DNA of 33,017 nucleotides from Octopus bimaculoides (Eukaryota). Within the stretch, counting starts at the first letter, position 1. Every line of letters begins with the position of its first letter. Below the pieces are notes generated by a model. That model did no database searches. It had not been told where the DNA came from and saw only the letters and a list, made by a program, of their open reading frames with translations. Of this stretch, positions 10,301 to 21,407 are shown one piece after another. The DNA is taken from contig NC_068996.1 of the NCBI RefSeq assembly GCF_001194135.2, positions 26,579,719 to 26,612,735 on the forward strand, in the 5' to 3' direction. The translations under genes and the position numbers were made by a program.

Positions 10301-11289
10301 TTCACTTTTATTAATATTTAGCAGAAGTATCAGAGGAACTCAAGGTCTGAGAGTTTTATGCATTTGCACTTGTCAAACTAATATATATATTGTCATTATC
10401 ATCGTCTTTTTATATCTATTATCCATTCTCCATGATAGCAGTAGTTAGGTAAATTCTCTAAAGCTGGACACTCTTCTCATTGTTGTATGTGTGTGTGTAC
10501 GCATGCATGCGTGTGCGTGTGTGTGTGTGTGCATGTGTGTGTGTGTGTGCGCGTGTGTGCATGCGTGTGCGTTATGCAAGATTCTTGATGAGAAGTCATA
10601 TGTTGAACAGATGTTGTTATATCTCGGTATGATCATTTTGCCAATTGAAAAGAAACATACTTTCATTATTATTGCTAGTCAACAAGTTAACTAAATTTAC
10701 TGATTAATTATTCAATTTTCTGATTAATTCTCCAATCAGTCAATCAATCTGTTCATTTGCCAGAGTATCTTCATTGCGATTCATGAACAAGTTCTTTGGT
10801 GCAATGACCTTTATTACTCCAGATCTGTCTTCCTGTTTCCAAAAGGGATCTCTTGACCTTTGTTACTGTATATATACATTTTGGAATATGTGGGAGTGGA
10901 TGTGTGAGTGTGTGTATGTATTGTAGTGAATGGTAGGTGTGAGGGTCATATGCAGTTTGTTAGTGTCTGGTGACCAGATTCTGTATGTGTGTGTGTTTTG
11001 GTGTGTGTGTGTGTGTTTTGGTGTGTGTGTGTGTGTTTTGGTGTGTGTGTGTGTGTGTGTGTGTAGTATGAGCCCAAGAAACATATACAGGTCCACAGGA
11101 AAAATGTGTCAAATCATAGGAAAACTGTAAAAGAAATGACTGATCTAATTATTTTATTTGTTATATATAAGATATTGAATGAAACAGGATTTTTTTCACA
11201 TATGTGAAACTGTTGTTATTGAGAACAGGTCATGCATTTTTTCTATTATAATTTTATTGTTAAACATAGCAAAAGAAAAACAAATTCCA

Positions 11290-11880
11290 CACCTTCTATT
11301 GACCAGCTTATTTTTCTTTACATTCATGAGTACATTAGCAAAAGTAATGCTGTGAAGAACAACTAGCAATATCTGCTACATTTGTCACTTTAACCCATGG
11401 ATTTTTTTCTCAAGTCTCAGTAGTGAATGACATGAATCTATCTATTAATAGTTGACATCTGCTCTTCTGCATTGCAGACATCAGCTCCTGATTTTATGAC
11501 CAAAATGAAAATACTGGCACTGAAGATAATCACAAAACATTGTGTTGGTGTTTTAAATGCGTGATATGCACACGCCATGAACCTGATACCCACTGTTGCT
11601 GTGATCTACACTAACAGACTCCAGCTGTAATGAGAAACTGCCAGCCTTAAGGTTCCTTTTAATAACAACATTCATTGCCATGAATTGAAGCAAATGTCCC
11701 CACTGTAACAAGAGAATAGGTGCTGTCCAAATTTGTAGATAGTAGCTCCGCATGGGCATTTTTGTGGTTCACAGTCATGGAGATCAAGGCATAGGCAACT
11801 CCAGTGTTTGTACACTCTCGTCTCTAAAAAGGATGTGTTAGACAAAGAGAGCATCATACTTCACCAAGTGCTGCCTACTT
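11290..11880 (-). mobile_element. CRE-like non-LTR retrotransposon remnant (CCHC finger and RLE endonuclease region)
   Basis: CLDLHDCEPQKCPCGATIYKFGQHLFSC / AMNVVIKRNLKAGSFSLQLESVSVDHS / KSGADVCNAEEQ / FMSFTTET matches the CRE-type CEPH.C.CG..VD.FG.H.LSC...RH...N.VIKR.L..AG..S.LEP...DR...AE..K...F...A.ET pattern. Confidence 0.7.
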
Positions 11881-12135
11881 GGCTGTGAAACAGTCAAGTG
11901 GAAAACAAAATCTTGTTGGTCCAAGTATAACTGGTTACAAGTCCTGGTGGAATACATATGATACTGTTTCAGTTGCATTGAGTTTGTGATGCAACAGGAG
12001 GGATGCATCATGAACTCAGACAGCTCTGCTCTCTGGTAATCATGATCAACATTAGGCTCAGATGTATTGTAGAAAACCTTCTGGGTGAATATGTGCTGAA
12101 AATGATTGAGGAAAGATAGCTAAGAATGCTAAATC

Positions 12136-12173
12136 AGATCTGATGAACGGGTATGTGAAACTCCGAGTAACAG
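12136..12173 (+). ncRNA. Minimal type I hammerhead ribozyme motif (core intact, stem I decayed)
   Basis: CTGATGA 12140-12146; stem II ACG-GGTA-TGT 12147-12156; GAAA 12157-12160; near-palindromic ACTCCGAGT stem III; GTA triplet 12167-12169. The 5' stem I strand (AGAT) no longer pairs with ACAG. Confidence 0.65.
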
Positions 12174-12264
12174 TCTTTCGTTAGATTTCTGCTGCTTTTA
12201 AATAAAGTATATAATATAAATATATATATCTATATAGTATATACATATATATATTTAATATATA

Positions 12265-12419
12265 TGGCTGTGTGGTAAGTAGCTTGCTTACCAACCACAT
12301 GGTTCTGGGTTCAGTCCCACTGCGTGGCACTTTGGGCAAGTGTCTTCTACAATAGCCTCGGGCCAACCAAAGCCTTGTGAGTGGATTTGGTAGACGGAAA
12401 CTGAAAGAAGCCTGTCGTA

Positions 12420-12466
<47 letters not shown>

Positions 12467-12703
12467 ATATATGTATGTATGTGTGTGTATATGTTTGTGT
12501 GTCCGTGTTTGTCCCCCCAACTTCACTTGACAACCGATGCTGGTGTGTTTACGTCCCCGTAACTTAGTGGTTCGGCAAAAAGAGGCCGATAGAATAAGTA
12601 CTAGGCTTACAAAGAATAAGTGCTGGGGTCAATTTGCTCTTCTAAAGGTGTTGCTCCAGCATGGCCACAGTCAAATGACTGAAACAAGTAAAAGAGTAAA
12701 AGT
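12265..12703 (+). mobile_element. SINE family A, full length
   Basis: Head, core, (TA)n linker, 3' hairpin 12668-12681, tail AAAAGAGTAAAAG. Confidence 0.93.
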
Positions 12704-12920
12704 GTAATAATTATTTTTCTTTTTGAAAATTAGTATTCATTTCATCATTTTTATAAGCACCAAGAAAATTGATAAAAGTTGAATTATTGTATGTATGTTA
12801 TATTGCCTGATATTACTTGAAGGTGTCAAAAGGATATGTCAAAGGTTCCACTCATGTAATGGGTAACACCCATAATATAAACACACAAGATAAATTTAAA
12901 ATAATTTTGTAGGAGTAATA

Positions 12921-13477
12921 CAGGGCACTTCAAAAATGACACACCATAAAGGTAAAACTATAGAATTTGTGAATTTGATTTCAAAATATTAGTCAGCAAA
13001 CAACATTGTATTCAAGGTCAATGATATGTAGTAGTGAAAGGGTCACTGTTAAGCGTTCGCATCATTCAAACTTCCATTGAAATGTGTTGTGTCAGCTGTG
13101 ATATTTTCCAAAGACAGATGTATGTTTATTGTTGAATAGGTATAAACGAAGCTGCAACCAGGTTAAAGAGAATGACAAAGTGACACAAATGACAAAAAGA
13201 TATAAACTGATTACACAAACATTTTAATAACTATAAATATTCAAACATCAAACATTCAACAATAGATATGCTTTCGTCATTGAAGAGTGCCATAACTGAC
13301 AAGAGACAATTGAATAGACACTTGAACAATACCAGCACAGAATACTATTACTCACACCTCAACATTCTGTTGAGCTTCGCCTCAGTGTAACTGGCTAATG
13401 TTTTTTAGTATCAAGTTCACATGAACATACATTCTATTTTCTTAACCTTACAGATGCCTTCTTTTCCAAACACCCTG
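12921..13477 (+). mobile_element. Probable Tc1/mariner-superfamily deletion derivative (MITE)
   Basis: Ends TA|CAGGGCACTTCAAAAA and TTTTCCAAACACCCTG|TA form an imperfect inverted repeat. Internal VIFSKDRCMFIVE resembles the N-terminal HTH start of such transposases. Confidence 0.45.
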
Positions 13478-13712
13478 TATAACTAACTGGTGATACTTTC
13501 AAACTTTTAAGAACATTAGATCCTAGAAATATGCAATTCTTTACCTTAATGCAACCCCAATTGCTGATACACATTTGTGATAAAAGCTGATCACTGAATA
13601 AAATCTATTATTATTATTATTATTATTATTTTATGTTTGACTTTTGCTTTGCATTTGTACAAGTTGGATCCAAGTCTCACCCAGAGACCTCAAGAGACAA
13701 CAAGTTAGACAA

Positions 13713-13751
<39 letters not shown>

Positions 13752-13753
<2 letters not shown>

Positions 13754-13965
13754 GGTCGTGGGCTGACAGAATCATTGACATGCTGGACAAAATGCTTAGC
13801 AGTATTTCACCCATTGCTCCATTCTGAGTTCAAATTCTGCTGAGGTCAACTTAGCCTATCATCCTTTCAGGGTTGATAAAACCAGTTGGACACTGGTGTC
13901 AATGGAATCGAATCATCACATCCCCCAAAATGGCTGCACTTGTGGAAAAATTTGAAATTATTATT
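13752..13965 (+). mobile_element. SINE family D with (ATT)n tail
   Basis: GGTCGTGGGCTGACAGAATC..AAATGCTTAGC..TTCTGAGTTCAAATTCTGCTGAGGTCAAC..CATCCTTTC; same family as 15721-15934, 18822-19045 and 27091-27340. Confidence 0.8.
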
Positions 13966-14014
13966 ATTATTATTATTATTATGAGGATGATAATGATGTT
14001 GATAGTGTCTCTTA

Positions 14015-14185
14015 TTAAGGTGGTAAGCTAGCAGATTCATGAACACATCTAAGAAAATGCTTTAGTGGTATTTCTTATAACTCTTTTACATTCTCAGTTC
14101 AAATTCAGTCAAGGTCAGCTTTGCCTTTCATCCTTTCTGGGTTGATAAATTAATTACCATTCAATTACTGGGGTTGCTCTAATCA
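14015..14185 (+). mobile_element. SINE family D, truncated
   Basis: Same head and core (GTTCAAATTC..AGGTCAGCTTTGCCTTTCATCCTTTC). Confidence 0.75.
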
Positions 14186-14190
14186 GCTAG

Positions 14191-14433
14191 TTTGCTGTCA
14201 CTTAAAGCATGCGGAAGCCATGCTCCATACTTCTGAACCTTTCCCATCGAGTGAAGATGCTTCTCTATAGCAGTGTGGGAGCATTCCATTTTCTCTGCCA
14301 GTTCCCTTGTCATTTGATGAGAATTTTTGTGCAAAAGTTGGTTTAATCGCTCTTCGTCGAACTCAACTGGACGGCCAGTTGGCATCTTTAAGGTCAAAAT
14401 TTCCATTTTTGAACTTGGCATACCAATCACAAG
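14191..14433 (-). pseudogene. Mariner transposase N-terminal (HTH) fragment
   Basis: CDWYAKFKNGNFDLKDA/frameshift/GRPVEFDEERLNQLLHKNSHQMTRELAEKMECSHTAIEKHLHSMGKVQKYGAWLPHALS; the GRP and W(V/L)PH.L motifs are typical of mariner. Confidence 0.85.
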
Positions 14434-14478
14434 GAGGAGAAGAAGAAGAAGAAGAAGAAGAAAATGTGGGAGTGCCAT

Positions 14479-14515
<37 letters not shown>

Positions 14516-14599
14516 NNNNNNNNNNNNNNNNNNNNNNNNNNNNNNNNNNNNNNNNNNNNNNNNNNNNNNNNNNNNNNNNNNNNNNNNNNNNNNNNNNNN

Positions 14600-14790
14600 G
14601 GTGTCTTTTATGTGCCACCCGCACAAGCCAGTCCAGGGGCACTGGCAACGATCTCGCTCGAAAATCCTACAGGAGCCAGTCAGGCGGTACTGGCAACGAC
14701 CACGCTCAAAATGGTGCATCTCATGTGCCACCCGCACAAGAACCAGTCCAGGGGCACTGGCAACGATCTTACTTGGCTTGCCGGGTCTTC
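14600..14790 (-). mobile_element. Young RTE-type LINE piece: ORF2 stop (KTRQAK*) plus 3' UTR repeat units, running into a gap
   Basis: Minus strand GAAGACCCGGCAAGCCAAGTAAGATCGTTGCCAGT..., near-identical to units at 25213-25340 and 29400-29538. Confidence 0.8.
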
Positions 14791-14791
14791 A

Positions 14792-15186
14792 ATCATCATC
14801 ATCATCATTGTTTAACATCCGTTTTCCATGCTGGCATGGGTTGGATAGTTTGACTGAGGACTAGCGAGCCAGTAGGCTGCCCCAGGCTTCAATCTTATCT
14901 GGCAAGGTTTCTACAGTTGGATGCCCTTCCTAACACCAACCACTTCAAGAGTGTAGTGGGTGCTTTTTATGTGCCACCAGCATGGGAGCCAGTCAGGTGG
15001 CACTAGCATCAAATACATTAAGATGGTGCAATTTACATGCCACCAGCACAAGAGCCAGTTGGAGGGGGGGGGACTCTGGCATCAACCACATTTGAATGGT
15101 GCATTTTTATGTGTCACCAGCATGGGGAGCAAGTTAGGTGCACTGGCATTGACTCACACTTGAATGGTGCTCATTATGTGCCACGA
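14792..15186 (-). mobile_element. Older RTE 3' UTR and tail with about 4 diverged repeat units
   Basis: (ATC)n, then TTTAACATCCGTTTTCCATGCTGGCATGGG...GGATGCCCTTCCTAAC, then repeated TGTGCCAC..GCCAGT units. Confidence 0.8.
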
Positions 15187-15564
15187 GTACATATGTTTTC
15201 ATTCCTTTTCGAAATTATCCCTAATTTGTGGTGTAGAGCTTTGGCTGCTCTTTCTAGCGGGTCAGATGTCCTTTTATGGGCATCTCTAATGTATATTAAA
15301 TGTACACTGTATTTTACATGAATAATATATAGTCTGTTGACTAATTTTTTTCTCGCTACACCACTGGTAGTAAATTAAATTTCTTAATTTTTTGCTACCC
15401 TAAGACTTATTAATTATAAAATGTTCTTTGGCTAATTTCTGAAAAATTGGCATTTTTTTTGTATTTGCTGCCAATAAGGTATTCTGCACATGCGCGGTAA
15501 TTTTTGAAAAATTAGACATATATGCACAAGTCATGTTCTCTCGTGCATATGTGTTGCTCTAGGC

Positions 15565-15637
15565 TATTCCGCTGATGATAGTTGGCCTTGCAAAATAATT
15601 TGTTTTGCTAAAATAACTTGAAACCTGGTTCGGAATA
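15565..15637 (+). ncRNA. Well-formed minimal type I hammerhead ribozyme motif
   Basis: Stem I TATTCCG (15565-71)/CGGAATA (15631-37), 7 bp perfect; CTGATGA 15572-78; stem II AGTT/AACT plus GCAAAA/TTTTGC; GAAAC 15620-24; loop CTG; GTT triplet 15628-30. Confidence 0.8.
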
Positions 15638-15681
15638 TAGATGGTAAATGTTTTTATTTCACACACACACACACACACTTA

Positions 15682-16819
15682 TGAGGGGGTATCTAAAAGC
15701 AACCGGAATTTTGCAATATTCTTTTCTACTCTAGGTACAAAGCCCAAAGTTTTGGGGAGGGGGCCAGTCGATTAGATCGACCCCAGTATGCAACTGGTAC
15801 TTAATTTATCAACCCTGAAAGGATGAAAGGCAAAGTTGACCTCAGCAGAATTTGAACTCAGAACATAAAGACAGACAAAATACTGCTAAGCATTTCGCCT
15901 GGCATACTAACATTTCTGCCAGCTCACTGCCTTCCTGGAATTTTGCAATATTACTTTATTCACTTAGCTTTACGTGTTTACACTCTTATCACCTTCAAAG
16001 TATTCTCCATTTGAAGCAATGCATCAATCTAGAAGTGTCTTCCACTGTTCGAAGCTCTTCTGGCACTCTTGTGAAGTGATGCCTTTTAACACCTCTGTCG
16101 TTCTTTTCTTCATCTCTTCCACACCTGCAAATTCTGTAGTACCAGCTTTGGTCACCAATGATAACCTTTGAAAAAGGTTTGGATAAATTTCCAGCTGTTC
16201 TTTCAGTTCACGACACACTTTCAGTCATGACTGCTTTTGATCTTCCGTGAGCAAGCGAGGCACAAATTTTGATGCAACTTTTTTCATTCACAATTCCTCA
16301 CACAAATCTATTTGGCAGGAGCTCTAGAAAACACCAATCATATCAACAATTTCATCAATTGTTTGGTGACAGTCCCCCAAGATACGTTCATCAATTTTTG
16401 TGATGTTTTCATCCATTCGGGAGGTCAATGGTCGCTCTGAATGAGGTTGGTCATCAAGCAACAAGTGACCATTCCTAAGGTGTGGAAACCACTCGTAAAC
16501 TTGTGTTTTGCTCATGGCAGCATCCTTGTAAGCTGTTTGAAGCATGAGAACTGTTTCGGCCACCGTTTTCCCCAGTAGAAAACAGAATTTCACAGAAATA
16601 CACTGTTCCTTCATTTCAACCGTTGCAAAAATCGATGAACATGGAAGAAACACTGCAAAACAAAGATGCACCATGTGGCAGCACAACTTCACTTGATGAT
16701 TGCCACTCAGCATACTGATACCTGAGGGTCATATCAAGTGGCTTCTAGTGACAGAAGCCTCAACTACAACGGGTTTGTCCCACACAGAAGGTTTCCGCTT
16801 ACTTTTGGGTACCTTCTCA
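15682..16819 (-). mobile_element. Mariner element with both TIRs, catalytic core deleted, SINE D inserted at one end
   Basis: TA|TGAGGGGGTATCTAAAAGCAACCGGAA versus reverse complement of right end TGAGAAGGTACCCAAAAGTAAGCGGAA|TA. Peptide MKEQCISVKFCFLLGKTVAETVLMLQTAY...VCRELKEQLEIYPNLF jumps to C-terminal FAGVEEMKKRTTEVLKGIT..FEQWK...CIASNGEYFEGD. Confidence 0.9.
15721..15934 (-). mobile_element. SINE family D, well preserved, with 16-bp target-site duplication
   Basis: GGAATTTTGCAATATT at 15705-15720 and 15937-15952 flanks the SINE. Confidence 0.9.
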
Positions 16820-17644
16820 TACAGTGGAAAACCATTGATGATATGTGTACTTCCTTAAGGCTGACCTGTGACTAAACTACGGCAACAGAAATTACTGCAC
16901 ATGCTATACCATGTGTAGACATTGGAAACCAAAACAGAAAACAAAAACGTTATTGACATCACTGAGCATGTGGTTTCATGTAAATTAATAAAACAAGCAA
17001 CAAATACATATTTAATAATAATGATGTTATAATTTATTAATGTTTAAAATTCCCCACTCTTACGCCCCCTACCAAAAGAAAATACAGAAACAATATAAAA
17101 TAAAACAATCTAAGTGCTAAAAATAAAAAAACATGCACTTGTGTTTTCTGGCTTGAACCAAAGACAGTTATTATAATAACAGAACTAATTGCAAGTTGGC
17201 ATCTAAGTTTAGCTGCAGCCCATTATGTTGGTTTAAATAATCAGAAAGCATATTTGCTTTCACTGCAAATTAAATTCAGTATTAATTGGCAGCAATCAAG
17301 TGAGTTAAGTATAGTATAATGATAATTAAAACTTCAGTGCTACTGCTGTAATGAATGATAATCAGAGTACAGCATCAGAAATCAATCATAAGCAATTTAC
17401 TCAAACAATTAAATTGAACTGCTACTATTTTACTAATTAGTTTTAGGTTTTGGAGCATTATTTTCCTAAATTGTGAGCAGAGTTGCATTTTGCAAATTTT
17501 CAAAGTTTCTAAATTTTATAATATAAGTATATACATGTACATGCATACATAACACAAATATAACACACACACACACACACTCATATATATACGCACATAC
17601 ACACATATATATATACTCACACATACACACACACACACATAGAG

Positions 17645-17786
17645 GTTGTAACATGGCTGCACAGTTAAGAAGTTCACTTCCCTTCTATGTAATTTCAGGT
17701 TCAGTTATGGCCCATCCTAGGTATGTCTTCTATAGCCCTGGGCCAACCAAGTGAATTTGATAAACAGAAACATGCCCATTGTGTGT

Positions 17787-17825
<39 letters not shown>

Positions 17826-18012
17826 TAGCTTAACATTCATTTACAATATTCTGTAAAAAGATGTCTGGTCATAGGAAATATCATGCTTGGAAGCCAGTAA
17901 GGGTTGGTGACAGGAAGAACATCCAATCACAGAAAATCTGTCTCAATAAATTCCACATAACCCATGCAGACATGGAAAAGTGGATGATGATGATGATGAT
18001 GAGGATGATGAT
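17645..18012 (+). mobile_element. SINE family B, old copy with (GT)/(CT)n linker and (GAT)n tail
   Basis: Head ATGGCTGCACAGTTAAG..GGTTCAGTT, tail GGGTTGGTGACAGGAAGAACATCCA..CCCATGCAGACATGGAAAAGTGGATGATGAT. Confidence 0.7.
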
Positions 18013-18603
18013 GAGCAGAAGGAGGCAGAGGATATGCTAGCTTCACACATGCAGTTTTGTAATATTGGAATCTTTTCATGAATGATTTTTATTGTTTCAT
18101 TCTGACAGTTTGATACACTTTTCCAAGCAGCAACCACACAACTATGAATTGGATTCACTGAGGCATATAGAGAGATCAATACATCTGACCAAAGATCCCA
18201 ACACATTTTCAATAGCAGGGATTCATTTATGACCATCAGCGCCCAAATCATTCAGCTCTCTATCAATCAAATGAACAACATTGGCACCATAAATGAATGG
18301 AATCTCATAACATCCTGAATACCATTTTACACCTTATTTATTTATATATTTATTTGTTAATATTTTATTTTCTTTCCTTTACCAGTTCTTATAACCATTC
18401 TTTTAAAAGAGGATGGGCAAAATATCCCCCCTGCTCATTACTGAAGTTTCACAGTTGAATGACATATCTAATTTCAGCAACATAGCTAAGAAAGGTATGA
18501 ACATTATACAGCCTTACTTTTATTTTTCCATCTTCTACACCATTTCGTATGTAAGGAAAATATTATCATTATTGTTGTAAAAAATAAAAAATATCATTAT
18601 CAT

Positions 18604-18805
18604 TGCTTGATGACTGGTGTTGGTGCGTTTACATCCCTGTAACATAGTGGCTCAGCAAAAGAAACTGATAAAATAAGTAACAAGCTTTAAAATAAAACAA
18701 AAGTACTGGTGTCAATTTGTTCAACTAAAATTTTTCAATGTGGCACCCCGGTATGTATACAGTTTAATGACTGAAGCAAGTTAAAGACAAAAGATAAAAG
18801 ATAGA
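18604..18805 (+). mobile_element. 3' half of SINE family A
   Basis: GGTGCGTTTACATCCCTGTAAC..CAAAAGAAACTGATAAAATAAGTA..AATGACTGAAGCAAG..AAAGATAAAAGATA. Confidence 0.7.
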
Positions 18806-18821
18806 GATATAAAAAGAAGAA

Positions 18822-19045
18822 AAGGTGGTGAGCTGGAAGAATTGTTAGTGCAGCAGATAAAATGCTTACCAACATTTCATCTAAGTCTTTACATTCTAAG
18901 ATCAAATCCAGTTAAGGTCAACTTTACTTTTCATCCTATCAGACTCGAGAAAATAAAGTACCAGTCAAGTATTGGGGTTGATGGCATCAACTTGTCACTC
19001 CCCTCAAAATTGCTGGCCTTGTGCCAAAATTACAAAGAATTATTT
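18822..19045 (+). mobile_element. SINE family D, old full-length copy
   Basis: AAGGTGGTGAGCTGG..AAATGCTTA..AGGTCAACTTT..CATCCT..GCTGGCCTTGTGCCAAAATT. Confidence 0.75.
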
Positions 19046-19180
19046 TTAATTTAAAAAAAAGAAAAACATTCTCAAGCAAACATGATTTGCTGTTATGTAC
19101 CACACTTTCATTAGTTGTTTTAGATGTCAATGAAGTCAGTCATGAGCAGACACAAGCTCCTCTCAGTGGAACATCAAGGA

Positions 19181-19250
<70 letters not shown>

Positions 19251-19519
19251 CAAGATCAACTTTAGCCTGGAGCTATGTGAAATGTCATGCTCAGTGTGCC
19301 ACTTAGTCCAGGAATTAAATCCATAACTTTATAATTGTAAGCCCAGCCCTTTAACCATGCAATGTGCCTTCTTAAATTAATAACTATTACTATGATATGA
19401 GCACCAAACAGTGATTAGGCATAGATAACAGAAATGATCTACAACCTCTAGAGAACCTCCAGGGTGTTTGAGAAAATCAATTTCCCATGTATCCTTAGTT
19501 TTTATGGCACCTATACATC

Positions 19520-20425
19520 GTCCACATACAAAAACTACTTTCTCCGTTAACCTTCCTGTGATTCTACTACATTTCTTGTGTGTCTATAGCTTGTACTGGG
19601 GGCACCATATGGAATTCCTACCTATACTTACCCTACATATTGAGCAGAGCCATTTACCTGATAGGGTAGGGTCATGGCTATTTTCCTGCTTACAAGGACC
19701 TTGGTCTTTGTTAAGTTAATTTTAAGGCCCTTTGGTTCCAGGTTTTGCTTACACACCTGAAATTTCTTTTTTAGTTGTGTTACAGGTTCTGCTATGCGAA
19801 CAAGATCATTAGCATATAGTAGTTCCCAAGGGCTGCCAGTCTTAAATTCTTCTGCTATGGCCTTGAGGACAATGATGAATAGGAGGGATCCGAGAACCAG
19901 GCCCAAATGAATGTACACTAAATTCATCACTGTACATATAGCTCTTACTTTACTGACAGGACCTCAGTATTTGGCTTCCACAAGACATTTCCTAGCTACC
20001 TCAGAAAGATCTATATCATAGAGCGATGGATTCTGTTGAAAGCTTTCTCTTGGTCAATGAATGTCAAGTACAATGGTTTACTCCTAGCTAGCTTTTCCTC
20101 TAGTTGTCTGTCTAAGATTAGCATCAGTAGTACCAGCACAAAAAACCCAAACCCTATTTCATCTAGTCTAACTTCTAATTAATTGGACTGTAACTTTCCT
20201 TGAACTTTCATGATGTGGTCCAACAGTATGATACCTCTGTAATTACTTCTAAGGCATATTATTTACCCTTGTAAAAGTTGCTGCACTAGTCATTGGAGAT
20301 AATACTTTCCTGGAGAACATGATTAACTATACAAGTGACTAGACCATACCATACTCTCATTTATTCGTCTGAGGAAGTGTTTGGCTATGCATGCTTCCCT
20401 TATGAGATGCATCTATGGATTGCGT
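19520..20425 (-). pseudogene. RTE-clade LINE reverse transcriptase fragment, decayed
   Basis: NYRGIILL / DEIGFGF..GTTDA.LRQLEEK.ARSKPLYLTFIDQEKAFNRI / LGSLLFIIVLKAIAEEFKTGSPWELLYAND(=YADD)LVRIAE..KGLKINLTKTKVL; stops and frameshifts present. Confidence 0.85.
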
Positions 20426-20429
20426 TTAT

Positions 20430-20554
20430 GTGACATTATGTGTTAGTGAATACTGGAACATGTAACAGATATAAGGAGTACCAAGTTCAAGCCTATGTTC
20501 TTTTCTCTTATATAAATATGAGTGTACATTATGTGTATACACACACACACACAC

Positions 20555-20618
<64 letters not shown>

Positions 20619-20834
20619 GGAGATGACCCAGACTGAAGATTGGAGTTTTGCAATTGGCAAGATGTGTTGATGTACACTCTTCAACAAAGATTATATGGAG
20701 TGATGAAGCTATGTTTAAATTAAATGGCTCGACTAAGTACCTCAATTGCACCTTATGGAAAAAAAAGGTCATGTTAATTTACAAGTACTTATAGTATGAT
20801 GTGGTTCATCATCAAAAAGATTAATTGGAACCAT

Positions 20835-20868
<34 letters not shown>

Positions 20869-21399
20869 CTACTGTGACTAGTCCCATTTTCTGGAATTTG
20901 TTGTGACAATTTGTCATGCCAAGCTTTCAAGAGGTCTTTGAAGATGTGGAGTTTTATTTCCAGAAGATTGGACATCTCAATTCTACTATAATAATGTGAA
21001 GACTTGCCTTGATGAGATTCTGTCAAACAGGTGGATTAGAAAAAGAGGTTCAGTAAAATAACCAGACCTCACACCACTGTACTTCCTTTTTTATGGGGAT
21101 ACTTAAAACACTTAAGATAAACTTTACAGTACAAAACCAGTAACAATTGATGCATTAAGACCAGCCATTGAATGAGAATGCACACATATACTGAACAAAA
21201 TGATCTTGATGCTTTGATTCTTTTGCTTCACATAATCATCATTGTCTGAATTGGAATGGTCACCAGTTTGAAAGTGAGTGTTCACAAAAATATCAAATTC
21301 TACCAGTAGATTCTATTAAATTTTGAAAATGAAATGTATTTTAATAATCACTGACTTTATAATCATTCGATGTGCATGCATCTTTTTGGATAACCTGTG
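20430..21399 (+). pseudogene. Tc1/mariner-superfamily transposase remnant (DDD/E core to right end), interrupted by (CA)n/(TA)n and poly-T
   Basis: (E)[24 protein letters not shown]; decayed VMVWCG..IGPFF; FQ(Q)DG-like; DLTPL.F.LWGYLK; ends ATCTTTTTGGATAACCTGTG|TA. Confidence 0.8.
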
Positions 21400-21407
21400 T
21401 ACTTATA

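Noticed and set aside
17943-18300. Minus-strand ORF as a CR1/L2 thumb remnant or host exon
   Set aside because: Similarity is marginal, and its end runs into a SINE (GAT)n tail.
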